From: a virus
DNA: 64,000 nucleotides
Virus record (IMG/VR): IMGVR_UViG_3300044724_004793
Location: 46,871 to 110,870 of that record
Direction: 5' to 3' (one strand)
Shown one piece after another: positions 55,759-64,000 of the stretch (positions are counted from its first letter, which is position 1; the number at the start of each line of letters is the position of its first letter). The notes under the pieces are model-generated. The model saw only the letters and a list, made by a program, of their open reading frames with translations, made no database searches and was not told the DNA's origin. A program made the translations under genes and the position numbers.

Positions 55759-56903
55759 GACTCAGGGAATTTTCCGTACCTCGTCGCAAGCCATTAAGCG
55801 AAGCCGCACGGATCCAACACGCAGAAGATATTGTCTTCTGGGAAGGTAGCAAGGGTGCTATTAGGGCATTACAAAGTCTACGCAACCTGGATCAAGGCGG
55901 ACATAGTGAAGTTACTATTAAATGGGATGGTTCACCTGCTATTATCTTTGGCCGTGATGCCAACGGTGAGTTTATACTAACAGATAAGTCAGGGTTTACT
56001 GCTAAAGGATACGACGGAAAAGCAACATCAGCAGACAACCTCCAAGCAATGCTAATGAATCGTCCTGGAGCAAAGAATCCAGATGCAGGTAAAGCAGCTG
56101 ACTATAAAAGGTTTGCAGCTAATATGAAAGATATCTTTGATGAATATGAAAGAGCAACCCCCGCTGATTATGTGGGATTTTTTAAAGGTGACTTACTATA
56201 CTTCAATACACCCCCGATTAAAGGTAAGAACTATGTATTCAAGCCCAATATCGTTGAGTATGCAGTAGATGTAACCAGTGATTTAGGCAAGAGAATTGGT
56301 GCCAGTAAGACAGGTGTTGTTATTCACAGACAAGTGCAGCCAGACGGAACTGAAACCCCACTACAGGATCCTGATATCTTTTTGGGTAACGATGTTCTTG
56401 TTGTACCTCCTATAACTGCTGAACGGGCACCACAGGTACCACATGCCATGTTAGACCGCCTAGAGAAAGTTATTAAAAAAGATGCGGCGGCTATTGACAG
56501 TTTATTAGATCAAAACAAATTGCGTCAGATGCAAATGTCAGATTTCTCTAACATCCTTTATACTTACACTAACAGCAAAGTAGACACAGGGCTTGGTGGT
56601 CTTGGATCAGACTTTGGTAAGTGGTTGGAAACTGCTAAAGTAAGTGACAAAAAGAAAGCTAAGATTGCTGAGTATATTAACGACAACACAGCTGGATTTA
56701 GTGCATTATGGGAAACCGTAAACACTATTATGATGGCAAAAGATCAGGTTATTGCTGATATTGACGCCCAAGGCGGCACAGTTCAACAGAGTATTGGTGG
56801 ACAAGCAGGTGGTGAAGGATATGTATTAGCACACCCAGAAGGTGACATAAAACTAGTGCCAAGATCTACATTTAGTGCAGCAAATCGTGCAGTTAAACGA
56901 TAA
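55755..56903 (+). CDS. ATP-dependent ligase-fold (RNA-ligase-like) protein
   Basis: KWDGSPA (motif I), KGDLLY, GEGYV, IKLV. Confidence 0.6.
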   Translation: MRLREFSVPRRKPLSEAARIQHAEDIVFWEGSKGAIRALQSLRNLDQGGHSEVTIKWDGSPAIIFGRDANGEFILTDKSGFTAKGYDGKATSADNLQAMLMNRPGAKNPDAGKAADYKRFAANMKDIFDEYERATPADYVGFFKGDLLYFNTPPIKGKNYVFKPNIVEYAVDVTSDLGKRIGASKTGVVIHRQVQPDGTETPLQDPDIFLGNDVLVVPPITAERAPQVPHAMLDRLEKVIKKDAAAIDSLLDQNKLRQMQMSDFSNILYTYTNSKVDTGLGGLGSDFGKWLETAKVSDKKKAKIAEYINDNTAGFSALWETVNTIMMAKDQVIADIDAQGGTVQQSIGGQAGGEGYVLAHPEGDIKLVPRSTFSAANRAVKR

Positions 56904-56929
56904 GTATTAAAGAACAAGGACTTGAGAAG

Positions 56930-57643
56930 ATGAAGATCACAGAACTAACACAAAAGACACACAGCGAACAACTATCAGAAGATAGAACTAAACTGGACGA
57001 GATTGCCTGGGCACCAATTACAGCAGCGGCAGGTGCAGGGTTAAGTTACTATGATCTAGGAAGTCGGTTTGGCTATAACCCTCTTAACTGGACAAAAGAT
57101 CAATGGAAAACAGCCGGGGCAGAAATAGCAGCAGATGCTGCACTAGGAGCAACTGGCGTGGGACTTGCAAGTGTTGCAAACAAAGCTCGTAAAGTAGGAA
57201 CGAGAGCCTACAGGAATAGAGCCGCCGCAAGGGCACAAACAAAGGCTGATAAGGCTCAGGATAAGGCAAACGATCCTAACAAAGGTCCGCTGGGGCGGCG
57301 CTTGCACACCCAACAGAAAGCAGACACTGCCCAGGGAAAGGCAAACGACGCCGCCGCACGGGCCGCCGCAGCCGCTATCCCGGCAGCAAAAAAAGGTATA
57401 ATAGGCCAGGCTGCTAAAGCCGTCGGCCTGGGCGCTATAGGAAATGCAGCTAGCAACGAACTTCTTGGTAAACCAATTGTTGCGCCAAGTGATATTCCAG
57501 TGCTAGGAAAAACTGCCAGTGGTAAGCCACAACCAAATCCAAATAGGATAGACAGGGCGGCAACAGATATAGGAAATGCAACAAAGCCTCCGGTCACTCC
57601 ACAAAGTCTTGCTGATCAAGCCCGAAAGTTGAGAGGCTACTAA
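56930..57643 (+). CDS. Ala/Gly/Lys-rich putative virion internal protein
   Basis: MKITEL...LDE|IAWAPITAAAGAG; basic Ala-rich body. Confidence 0.5.
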   Translation: MKITELTQKTHSEQLSEDRTKLDEIAWAPITAAAGAGLSYYDLGSRFGYNPLNWTKDQWKTAGAEIAADAALGATGVGLASVANKARKVGTRAYRNRAAARAQTKADKAQDKANDPNKGPLGRRLHTQQKADTAQGKANDAAARAAAAAIPAAKKGIIGQAAKAVGLGAIGNAASNELLGKPIVAPSDIPVLGKTASGKPQPNPNRIDRAATDIGNATKPPVTPQSLADQARKLRGY

Positions 57644-58312
57644 ATGGCATTTGAATTTATCAAAGAAGAATTGTGCGAAGCACGTTATATTAGAACTCCC
57701 AGAGATGCAATTGGTCGCAGTGGCGATAATATTGCAGAGACCTTTTACGAGCATCTGCTTGTTCTACAGCAAATGCGTTTTGAAAATCCACAGTGGGCAC
57801 AAAAGTATGCCAAAGATACACTTAAATATATGAACTTTACTAATGTTAGAACTGGTGCTACAGATTTGCACAATCTAGCAAGTATTGTTAACAATCCCAG
57901 TAAGTTTAGCGGTAAAGTAGAAGGATTACCTGCCAGATTTGATGAGCTAGGATTTAAACGCTATCTGCGTAATATAATGAACAATAACTATGTGCCTGGA
58001 CAAGACAGAACTTTCCTAACACAAATGCAAAAGAACTTAGGTATAAAAGGCGGACTACTAGGTCGCGCTAGACGTGTTATGGCTGACTACGGTAAAAGCA
58101 CACCAGGCGAAAGAACAGCAGTCACACAGCGTATGACCAATAGTTTTCGCACAGATGGACAGTTTCGCAGTGATGTATTTAAACCCTACGCCGCCGCTAC
58201 AGCAGGTAATATGCCTAAAAAGCCCAGAGGCAGCCTGGCAAAAACTGCACTAAAAACTGCTGCTATTGCATATGGCGCATACAGATTAGGCAAATCCGAC
58301 TTCTTAAATTAA
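57644..58312 (+). CDS. Hypothetical virion protein
   Basis: FEFIKEELCEAR; TGATDLHNL. Confidence 0.55.
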   Translation: MAFEFIKEELCEARYIRTPRDAIGRSGDNIAETFYEHLLVLQQMRFENPQWAQKYAKDTLKYMNFTNVRTGATDLHNLASIVNNPSKFSGKVEGLPARFDELGFKRYLRNIMNNNYVPGQDRTFLTQMQKNLGIKGGLLGRARRVMADYGKSTPGERTAVTQRMTNSFRTDGQFRSDVFKPYAAATAGNMPKKPRGSLAKTALKTAAIAYGAYRLGKSDFLN

Positions 58313-58375
58313 CTCCAACCAGATAAATAAATGTAAGCACGTATTAGACAATCATCGTGCACATGGAGAAAAAAA

Positions 58376-58792
58376 ATGGCGGAGATTACACGCACAAACG
58401 GCAGCGCCTTTGGTGTTGTCGCACACGACAGAAGCGCAACAGGCAGCGGCCAGATTTCAGCAGACGAAGCAGTAATTGCTAATGGCCCACAGTTGGACTT
58501 CTTTAAAATTATTGTTAAGGACGTTTCAGGCAACGTTGAAGACATTCGTAACGAACTAGACGCAGGGGAAGGCGTAGAAGCAATCCTTAGTGAAATTGCT
58601 AAAAAAGCAAACATCGAAATGTATCAAGTTGAAGGCGATACCACTGGACAAATTAGCATTGCTGTTTATCCAACAGGTGCTTATTCAGCATCAACACTAC
58701 AGACAGCAATTCGCACACTCAGCGCAGCTGGCAGTAATAACCTCGACTGCTCAAGCAGCGATGTAACAAATCCTGGCTTCGAGCTAGTATAA
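58376..58792 (+). CDS. Probable structural protein
   Basis: TAAATA promoter (58324), leader hairpin GCACG/CGTGC, GGAG RBS. Confidence 0.55.
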   Translation: MAEITRTNGSAFGVVAHDRSATGSGQISADEAVIANGPQLDFFKIIVKDVSGNVEDIRNELDAGEGVEAILSEIAKKANIEMYQVEGDTTGQISIAVYPTGAYSASTLQTAIRTLSAAGSNNLDCSSSDVTNPGFELV

Positions 58793-58814
58793 TAACAGAG
58801 AAGGAAACAGTTAA

Positions 58815-59117
58815 ATGGCTGATCTAAGCGTAGGCGTTCGTAACGCACAAACATACAGTGGAGACCGTCAGGTAGCCCTAACAAGTCTCTCAAAGAGCAA
58901 CATGACACAGGACGAGCTCGATGCAGCAATCCAGTTTATTCAAAAGACAGCAACAGTTATCGGTGTTGGCGACGACACAACAGGTGGCTTCAATGCAGGC
59001 GTATCTGATGTTGTTCACGTTCTAAGTGAAGGTCCTGCTCCAGCAGCAGGTGCAAACTTCGGTGAAGGTGCCACAGGTGTAACAGCAGCAGTTGTTGCAT
59101 ACTTTGAAAACATCTAA
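58815..59117 (+). CDS. Probable structural protein
   Basis: AAGGA RBS; same unit as 58376; ends at a terminator. Confidence 0.55.
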   Translation: MADLSVGVRNAQTYSGDRQVALTSLSKSNMTQDELDAAIQFIQKTATVIGVGDDTTGGFNAGVSDVVHVLSEGPAPAAGANFGEGATGVTAAVVAYFENI

Positions 59118-59138
59118 GACTTAGTCTTATACTTTATC

Positions 59139-59168
59139 AAAGGGCGATGTTTTTACATCGCCCTTTTT
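59139..59168 (+). terminator. Rho-independent terminator
   Basis: AAAGGGCGATGT-tttt-ACATCGCCCTTT plus T tract. Confidence 0.85.
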
Positions 59169-59187
59169 ATTCTCTATAATTACTATT

Positions 59188-59595
59188 ATGAAACATTGTA
59201 CAAGCGTATGGAGAGATCATCCTGGGATCCACAGTGTTGATATTAATAAATTATCACCAATGGGTTGGCATGCAGACAACCGTTGGTACTGGCGTGATCT
59301 CCCACGTATTATAGATCAAGGCCTATGGTATCCAGTGTTGTATTATAAATGTACACTTGAATGGTGGAATTCCAGCTTCTTTAAACGCAAAGGCGCACAT
59401 TCCATGTGGTCACATATCAATCCTCCAGTAGTTAATGATGACGGCATGATCTGGGGCGTGTATATGGGAACAAATAGGTTACAATGTATTAAGTTTATGT
59501 CGTATACCAGTGTAGACTGCATAGAATGCCAAGGCCAGGCCCAACTTATTGAACTAGGTATACACCTCAGAGACAAGGATCCGCTTCATGCTTGA
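59188..59595 (+). CDS. ParB/Srx-like domain protein (tentative)
   Basis: I...GLWYPV...VYMGTNRL. Confidence 0.4.
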   Translation: MKHCTSVWRDHPGIHSVDINKLSPMGWHADNRWYWRDLPRIIDQGLWYPVLYYKCTLEWWNSSFFKRKGAHSMWSHINPPVVNDDGMIWGVYMGTNRLQCIKFMSYTSVDCIECQGQAQLIELGIHLRDKDPLHA

Positions 59596-60052
59596 CAGCT
59601 ATAAAGAGACCTGGTTTATATTAACATTAGTTGATATAACTGAAACGGGAGATCTCCGCGGATCAGGCAAGACACGCAACCAGCAACGTAACTTTGAAAC
59701 ACTGCAACAATGTGTAAGTATGCTAGCACAGCCATGGAGTTTAAATTCTCCAATGAAAAGAGAATTTTTAAGTCTACACAAAAGATTAAAAGACACTGGA
59801 ACGACGTTTGGTAGCAAGCATGATTTTACACAAGAAATTCTAAGTAATCTAAATGTATGGACATGGCGCTTTGGTATAGAAAGAATTGGAGTATTTGGCG
59901 GCCCGCTTGGAGATGCTGGTATTCTACAAAATACACTACAGGATATACCTATAATTAGTGGACTAGATGAAAACTGTGTATTAGACCCAGCTGTCTTTAG
60001 TGTACGAGACGAAGATCGTAATATACTATTAATACAAGAGAACGTATTGTAA
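59588..60052 (+). CDS. Hypothetical protein
   Basis: TLVDITETG...RNQQRNFET...PIISGLDE. Confidence 0.6.
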   Translation: MLDSYKETWFILTLVDITETGDLRGSGKTRNQQRNFETLQQCVSMLAQPWSLNSPMKREFLSLHKRLKDTGTTFGSKHDFTQEILSNLNVWTWRFGIERIGVFGGPLGDAGILQNTLQDIPIISGLDENCVLDPAVFSVRDEDRNILLIQENVL

Positions 60053-60161
60053 TAAATACAATACAAGATGCTTCAATAAAAATAATAGGCAACGCAACAG
60101 GCACAAATATAGGCACTCCAATCAAGCATCACCAAATATAGTATAGGTGAGAACAGAGTTA

Positions 60162-60410
60162 ATGGCTGATATTGAAAAAGAAAGTTTAGAAGCACACGTA
60201 GAATTGTGCTCTGAGAGGTATAAATCTCTGCATGACAAATTAGATGCAGTAAACTTACGTCTTGAAACCCAGGACAAGACATTGACTGCAATTCATAATC
60301 ATATGATAAGAAATGAAAACGGCCGTAATAAGCAAGTTATGGCTTGGGGTGCTGGTATAATCGCAAGCCTAGTAGCCGCTGTAGCCTATCTAGTTACACA
60401 ACAACTCTAA
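60162..60410 (+). CDS. Coiled-coil protein with C-terminal transmembrane helix
   Basis: EKESLEAHVELCSERY...; start moved to ATG 60162. Confidence 0.6.
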   Translation: MADIEKESLEAHVELCSERYKSLHDKLDAVNLRLETQDKTLTAIHNHMIRNENGRNKQVMAWGAGIIASLVAAVAYLVTQQL

Positions 60411-60428
60411 ATCTTTACTAAATACTGT

Positions 60429-60746
60429 ATGCGTTTTAAAGACATAACAAACGAAAGTATTATTCCTCAGTATGACGAGATTGAGTTCGATCTCGAAGAA
60501 GGCATGGCGTGGGCAAAGCGCGGCGGTAAAGTAGTCCGCAAGTTTCGTTGCACAGGAGGCAGACGTAAAGGACGTATTGTAGCCAAACCTGCACAGTGCT
60601 TTGCCGCTCCAGATATTAAAAAACGCAACAAGTTAAAAATTACCAAAGCAAGACTTGGTAAGCGTATGACACGAAAAGCACAACGCACAAAACGAGTAAA
60701 TCCTGCTAGTAAACGTGTAGCAGCATTGAATAAGACAAGTAGGTAG
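60429..60746 (+). CDS. Highly basic putative head/core protein
   Basis: TAAATA 4 nt before ATG; acidic leader ending LEE then an Arg/Lys-rich body. Confidence 0.6.
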   Translation: MRFKDITNESIIPQYDEIEFDLEEGMAWAKRGGKVVRKFRCTGGRRKGRIVAKPAQCFAAPDIKKRNKLKITKARLGKRMTRKAQRTKRVNPASKRVAALNKTSR

Positions 60747-60750
60747 GATT

Positions 60751-61536
60751 ATGAAATTTAAAGACATTTTAGAACAAACCGGACCTCGGAGGTATACACC
60801 CCCACCAGGTAATCCTACCCAAATAGGTGGAAAACAGGTTAATCCTATAAAGGACACTGATAAACCAGGTAACCCACACAAAGGGGTCTCTGCATATGAT
60901 CAAGAGAGAGAATTACAGAAACAACAAAATTTAAAAGGTGCAGGTCAGAAACCTAAGTTACCAACAAGCGATGTAGTGTCAAGACCCGGAGCATCGGCCG
61001 AGCCAGGACTATCTCCAAGAGAGAGAGGGCTAAATCCTAAAAATACTCCAACATCGCCTGCAATGCAGAAAGTTAATCAAGCACTTCAAGGCGTTAACAT
61101 TAATGCACTTAAACCAGAACAAAAAGCATCCTTAATTGCAAAAATTAATCGCACACTTAAAAAAGCAGGACCTAAGTTACCTAGACGTTTAGCAGGATTG
61201 GCTGCACTTGCTAGTGCTGGTCTTGAACTAATAGATCCTAGCATTGCACAAGCAGCTCAGGATGCAAAAGAAAGTTTTATGGGCGAAAGTATGCAAATTA
61301 ATGAAGCCCCTTATCAAGTAATAGACTTAGATGGCAATATCCTTACAGCCGTCCCTCAGGGTGGCGAGCAAGCCATTAAAATGGATATTACAGGATGGGT
61401 ACTAGAATTTGGACAGATGGGACCTGTGTTAAGACAGCCCAAGAGTCCTGTAGAGAAAGATCGTAGTTTACCAGCAGGTAGCCAAGTCGATGTCCAAGGT
61501 AATCCTAGGATTATTGGAACTCCAGAGCGAGGCTAA
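60751..61536 (+). CDS. Putative virion internal protein (Pro/Lys-rich)
   Basis: MKFKDILE leader; INE site. Confidence 0.5.
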   Translation: MKFKDILEQTGPRRYTPPPGNPTQIGGKQVNPIKDTDKPGNPHKGVSAYDQERELQKQQNLKGAGQKPKLPTSDVVSRPGASAEPGLSPRERGLNPKNTPTSPAMQKVNQALQGVNINALKPEQKASLIAKINRTLKKAGPKLPRRLAGLAALASAGLELIDPSIAQAAQDAKESFMGESMQINEAPYQVIDLDGNILTAVPQGGEQAIKMDITGWVLEFGQMGPVLRQPKSPVEKDRSLPAGSQVDVQGNPRIIGTPERG

Positions 61537-61537
61537 A

Positions 61538-61759
61538 ATGCGATTTGCAGAATTTAAACCAGGTATAAGTGTTTTTATCACAAACGAAGAACAGGATCTT
61601 TTTCGTAAGATTCATAGTGAGGGCAAGGTAAGTAAACGTACACTTGATGAACGTGAACAAAACATTGCAAATCAACTAGTAATTAAAAACATGTTAGTAA
61701 GGAAACGTGTCAATGATAGCATCATCTACAAACCGCAAGCTAAAGCAGAATATTGCTAA
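61538..61759 (+). CDS. Hypothetical protein
   Basis: ITNEE...LDEREQ.IANQLV.K. Confidence 0.6.
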   Translation: MRFAEFKPGISVFITNEEQDLFRKIHSEGKVSKRTLDEREQNIANQLVIKNMLVRKRVNDSIIYKPQAKAEYC

Positions 61760-62123
61760 AGTTCTAAAAAATAAACCTAGAATATTAATTAACACAAATG
61801 GCCGTGTAACACAGGTTAACCAGTATAGTGTGGTTGACAACAATGGCGTCTATGTTATACTAGACAAAGAGTTTACACTCAAAAAGACTGCTGTTGCCTA
61901 TGCTATTGCTCTAGTTAATGGCGACTCTACTTTGCAAAATAGAATAGAACAGTTGAATTGGAAAATTTCTAAATATGCGGAGGATACACAGATATATAAG
62001 CAACATATACATAAAAATCCCAAAAAATTATATCTATATGCACGGATTAGTGATAGTGTAGGACGTATCAATTGTTTAAACATTGAGCTAACTAAAACTC
62101 TTAAATCAATTAAAATAGCATAA
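61713..62123 (+). CDS. Hypothetical protein
   Basis: AAGGA RBS; ORF track. Confidence 0.5.
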   Translation: MIASSTNRKLKQNIAKVLKNKPRILINTNGRVTQVNQYSVVDNNGVYVILDKEFTLKKTAVAYAIALVNGDSTLQNRIEQLNWKISKYAEDTQIYKQHIHKNPKKLYLYARISDSVGRINCLNIELTKTLKSIKIA

Positions 62124-62150
62124 ATACTATTACAAAAATAGGAAACTATC

Positions 62151-63407
62151 ATGATCTTAGAAGAATTATCACCAAAGCCAGACAGCAAAAAACTTGCTGA
62201 GGTAACAAAAAAGACTTTTGGGTTTAGCGTGGACCTTGCCAGTCTAGACCTGCCAAAAGCAAAACAAATTAAAGAGTCATTTACTACAAAACTTGCTAAA
62301 CTAGAAGCCAAGTTGGGAGCAAATGTAAGTACTAACAAACGATATTATGAAGCTAAACTAGTATTAGAAACACTTGACCGCTTCATTGAAGAGGGCGTGG
62401 ATGATGATGCACTACGTGAGTTAGAACTATATGCAGAAAATGATCAAGATCTTTACAGCCGCAGTTATGTTCCTATTGCAAAAAATTTAAGCAAAAAGTT
62501 TAAGAAAGAAATTTATGATAGTGAACTAGCTAAGAAGCTCTGGAAGTATCACGCAGACCGTGCTGCACAAAAGTATGGTAAAGATCATGCTGGTGGTGCA
62601 AAAGACGGAATGCGTATGTTTAGTCCAGACACTCGCAGAGCATTAGCTGCTCAATTAGAAGACAGTTGGCGTAATGAGATGGAAGCTGGTAACTTTATGG
62701 AGTCAGCTTCACCTGTGAGCGAAGATAGTAATTATAAAATTATAATGGGCTTTATTGACCAGTGGACTGAAGCCGGTCAACCAGACGACTATATGGATGA
62801 CCTTGTTGCATATGTTAAAAAGACTATTCCTGATTCAAAGGATTGGAATTATGCGGCATCATTAATAAAGAATGGTGTAGAAAGTTATCAGAACCGCGAG
62901 TATGGAACAAGTAGTTTAATGGGACTACGAAATAATACAGAATCTGTAGAAGTTACATCAGAAAGTATTATTGTAGAAGGCGAAATGGAAGCAGCAGAAG
63001 TAGTAATGGCAGCTAGGAGTGTTGTTGATCGTATCCAGGGTATGCTAGAAGACCTTGGTGAGATCATGAACGAAGACGTTCCTCCACTTACAGATACTAT
63101 TACAGATCAAATGGGTGCTGACATGGCAGCACAATATAGCACCGCAGTCAATGGTGCAGTACAGGCAGCACTTGATGCAGTCACACAGGCACGTGCAGGC
63201 GCTGATGCAGCAGCACGTATGCTAACAGGTGAAAGTGCACCAATGATGGGAGAACCAGCACCTGAAGAAATGCCATTGGAACCGACCACTGACATGGACA
63301 TGGATATGGAACAGCCCATCGAAGAGCCTGCAGAAGAAGGTGATGAGATTGCTACAGCAGACGCAGCCCAAGGCGGAGATGAAGCACTAGGTAGAGCACG
63401 TAGATAA
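62151..63407 (+). CDS. Prohead core/scaffold-like modular protein
   Basis: TAAATA promoter; xxE sites; VVMAARSVVDRIQGMLED; acidic Pro-rich tail ending LGRARR. Confidence 0.55.
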   Translation: MILEELSPKPDSKKLAEVTKKTFGFSVDLASLDLPKAKQIKESFTTKLAKLEAKLGANVSTNKRYYEAKLVLETLDRFIEEGVDDDALRELELYAENDQDLYSRSYVPIAKNLSKKFKKEIYDSELAKKLWKYHADRAAQKYGKDHAGGAKDGMRMFSPDTRRALAAQLEDSWRNEMEAGNFMESASPVSEDSNYKIIMGFIDQWTEAGQPDDYMDDLVAYVKKTIPDSKDWNYAASLIKNGVESYQNREYGTSSLMGLRNNTESVEVTSESIIVEGEMEAAEVVMAARSVVDRIQGMLEDLGEIMNEDVPPLTDTITDQMGADMAAQYSTAVNGAVQAALDAVTQARAGADAAARMLTGESAPMMGEPAPEEMPLEPTTDMDMDMEQPIEEPAEEGDEIATADAAQGGDEALGRARR

Positions 63408-63994
63408 TGCAGCCCTATCGTCATTACCATAAACTGCTTGAAGACCAAGATGCAGTTAGCACCATTATTAGTGTTGCTGAACTACTTCGTAGTGAAGCAG
63501 AAGGTGAAGGTGATGCAAAGACCAGCATGAACAGTTTCTTAAACATGCTAAAGAATGCAGGTCTAAATATTAACTATCAAGGTCTTAAATCCTACTACGA
63601 AGCAGAGCCTAGACTTAAAGGCGAAATACAAGACTTCAATGAAAAGGAAATTGTGTTCGTAGGTGACGAGGAAGGCTTAGAAATGAAGCCACAGGGCGAA
63701 GTTCCTCCCGAAGAAAAAGTAGCACAGATGGCTAAGAGTGCTACAGACAAACGTCAAAACGAAGCTAAAGACGAAGGTGCTTCTCAAGAAGAAGAAGATG
63801 AGTTCCACAGAGAGTTGGACAAGCTAGTCCACGCAACTTTTGGTCATAGCAGTGACGAAAAGAAAATGTACAAGAAAGTTGGAGAGGTAGCACCTCCTGG
63901 CAGAGAAAAGCAGGTTAAGGCTTTGAAGAAAAAGTTTGATGATCCGGCCGCACCTTATGCTATTGCCTGGGCACAACATAATAAAAAGAAATAG
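63407..63994 (+). CDS. Hypothetical virion/prohead protein
   Basis: TAATG coupling; LLE site; terminal module EVAPPGREKQVKALKK...PYAIAW. Confidence 0.55.
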   Translation: MQPYRHYHKLLEDQDAVSTIISVAELLRSEAEGEGDAKTSMNSFLNMLKNAGLNINYQGLKSYYEAEPRLKGEIQDFNEKEIVFVGDEEGLEMKPQGEVPPEEKVAQMAKSATDKRQNEAKDEGASQEEEDEFHRELDKLVHATFGHSSDEKKMYKKVGEVAPPGREKQVKALKKKFDDPAAPYAIAWAQHNKKK

Positions 63995-64000
63995 TTATAG

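Noticed and set aside
773-63448. Many 60-170 aa antisense or alternate-frame ORFs in the track (e.g. 773-1282, 7015-7407, 20332-20862, 59599-60066)
   Set aside because: They shadow well-supported genes, lack RBS or promoters, and have low-complexity translations.
1-64000. CRISPR array, cas genes, reverse transcriptase/DGR, integrase, transposase
   Set aside because: I saw no regularly spaced 25-40 bp repeats and no matching protein motifs; intergenic gaps are too short.
1-64000. tRNA or rRNA genes
   Set aside because: No cloverleaf or T-loop motif was seen in the intergenic gaps; tRNAscan-SE would confirm.
1-64000. Stop-codon reassignment
   Set aside because: Core genes are full length in the standard code, and TAA, TAG and TGA all end genes.

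Overview
This window is part of a large T4-related (myovirus-like) phage genome. It is AT-rich, uses the standard genetic code, is densely coding and lies mostly on the + strand. Core genes recognisable from motifs are terminase large subunit (gp17-like), ssDNA-binding protein (gp32-like), UvsX/RecA, UvsY, UvsW, a clamp-loader small subunit-like protein, primase (gp61-like), replicative helicase (gp41-like) and a very short DnaE/Pol III alpha-like protein. Blocks of probable virion/prohead-core genes lie at both ends. Accessory enzymes sit between core genes and in one ~21 kb block (12.9-34.2 kb). They include glycosyltransferase-like and capsule-modification-like proteins, methyltransferases, kinase-like proteins, radical SAM enzymes (one B12-binding), SGNH-like proteins, sugar-nucleotide enzymes, an APS-kinase module and a Cu/Zn superoxide dismutase. 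A divergent early-gene island with repeated sigma70-like promoters lies at ~34.2-38.5 kb. The most striking non-coding signal is a candidate ~85-nt small RNA (38520-38608). It has its own TTGCAT-17-TATAAT promoter, a 12-bp stem exposing a 19-nt anti-Shine-Dalgarno-like loop (CUCCUCUCCUCCUCC) and a terminator-like hairpin. In the same genome many genes appear leaderless or translationally coupled. All calls come from reading the sequence and the ORF track; no database search was run.
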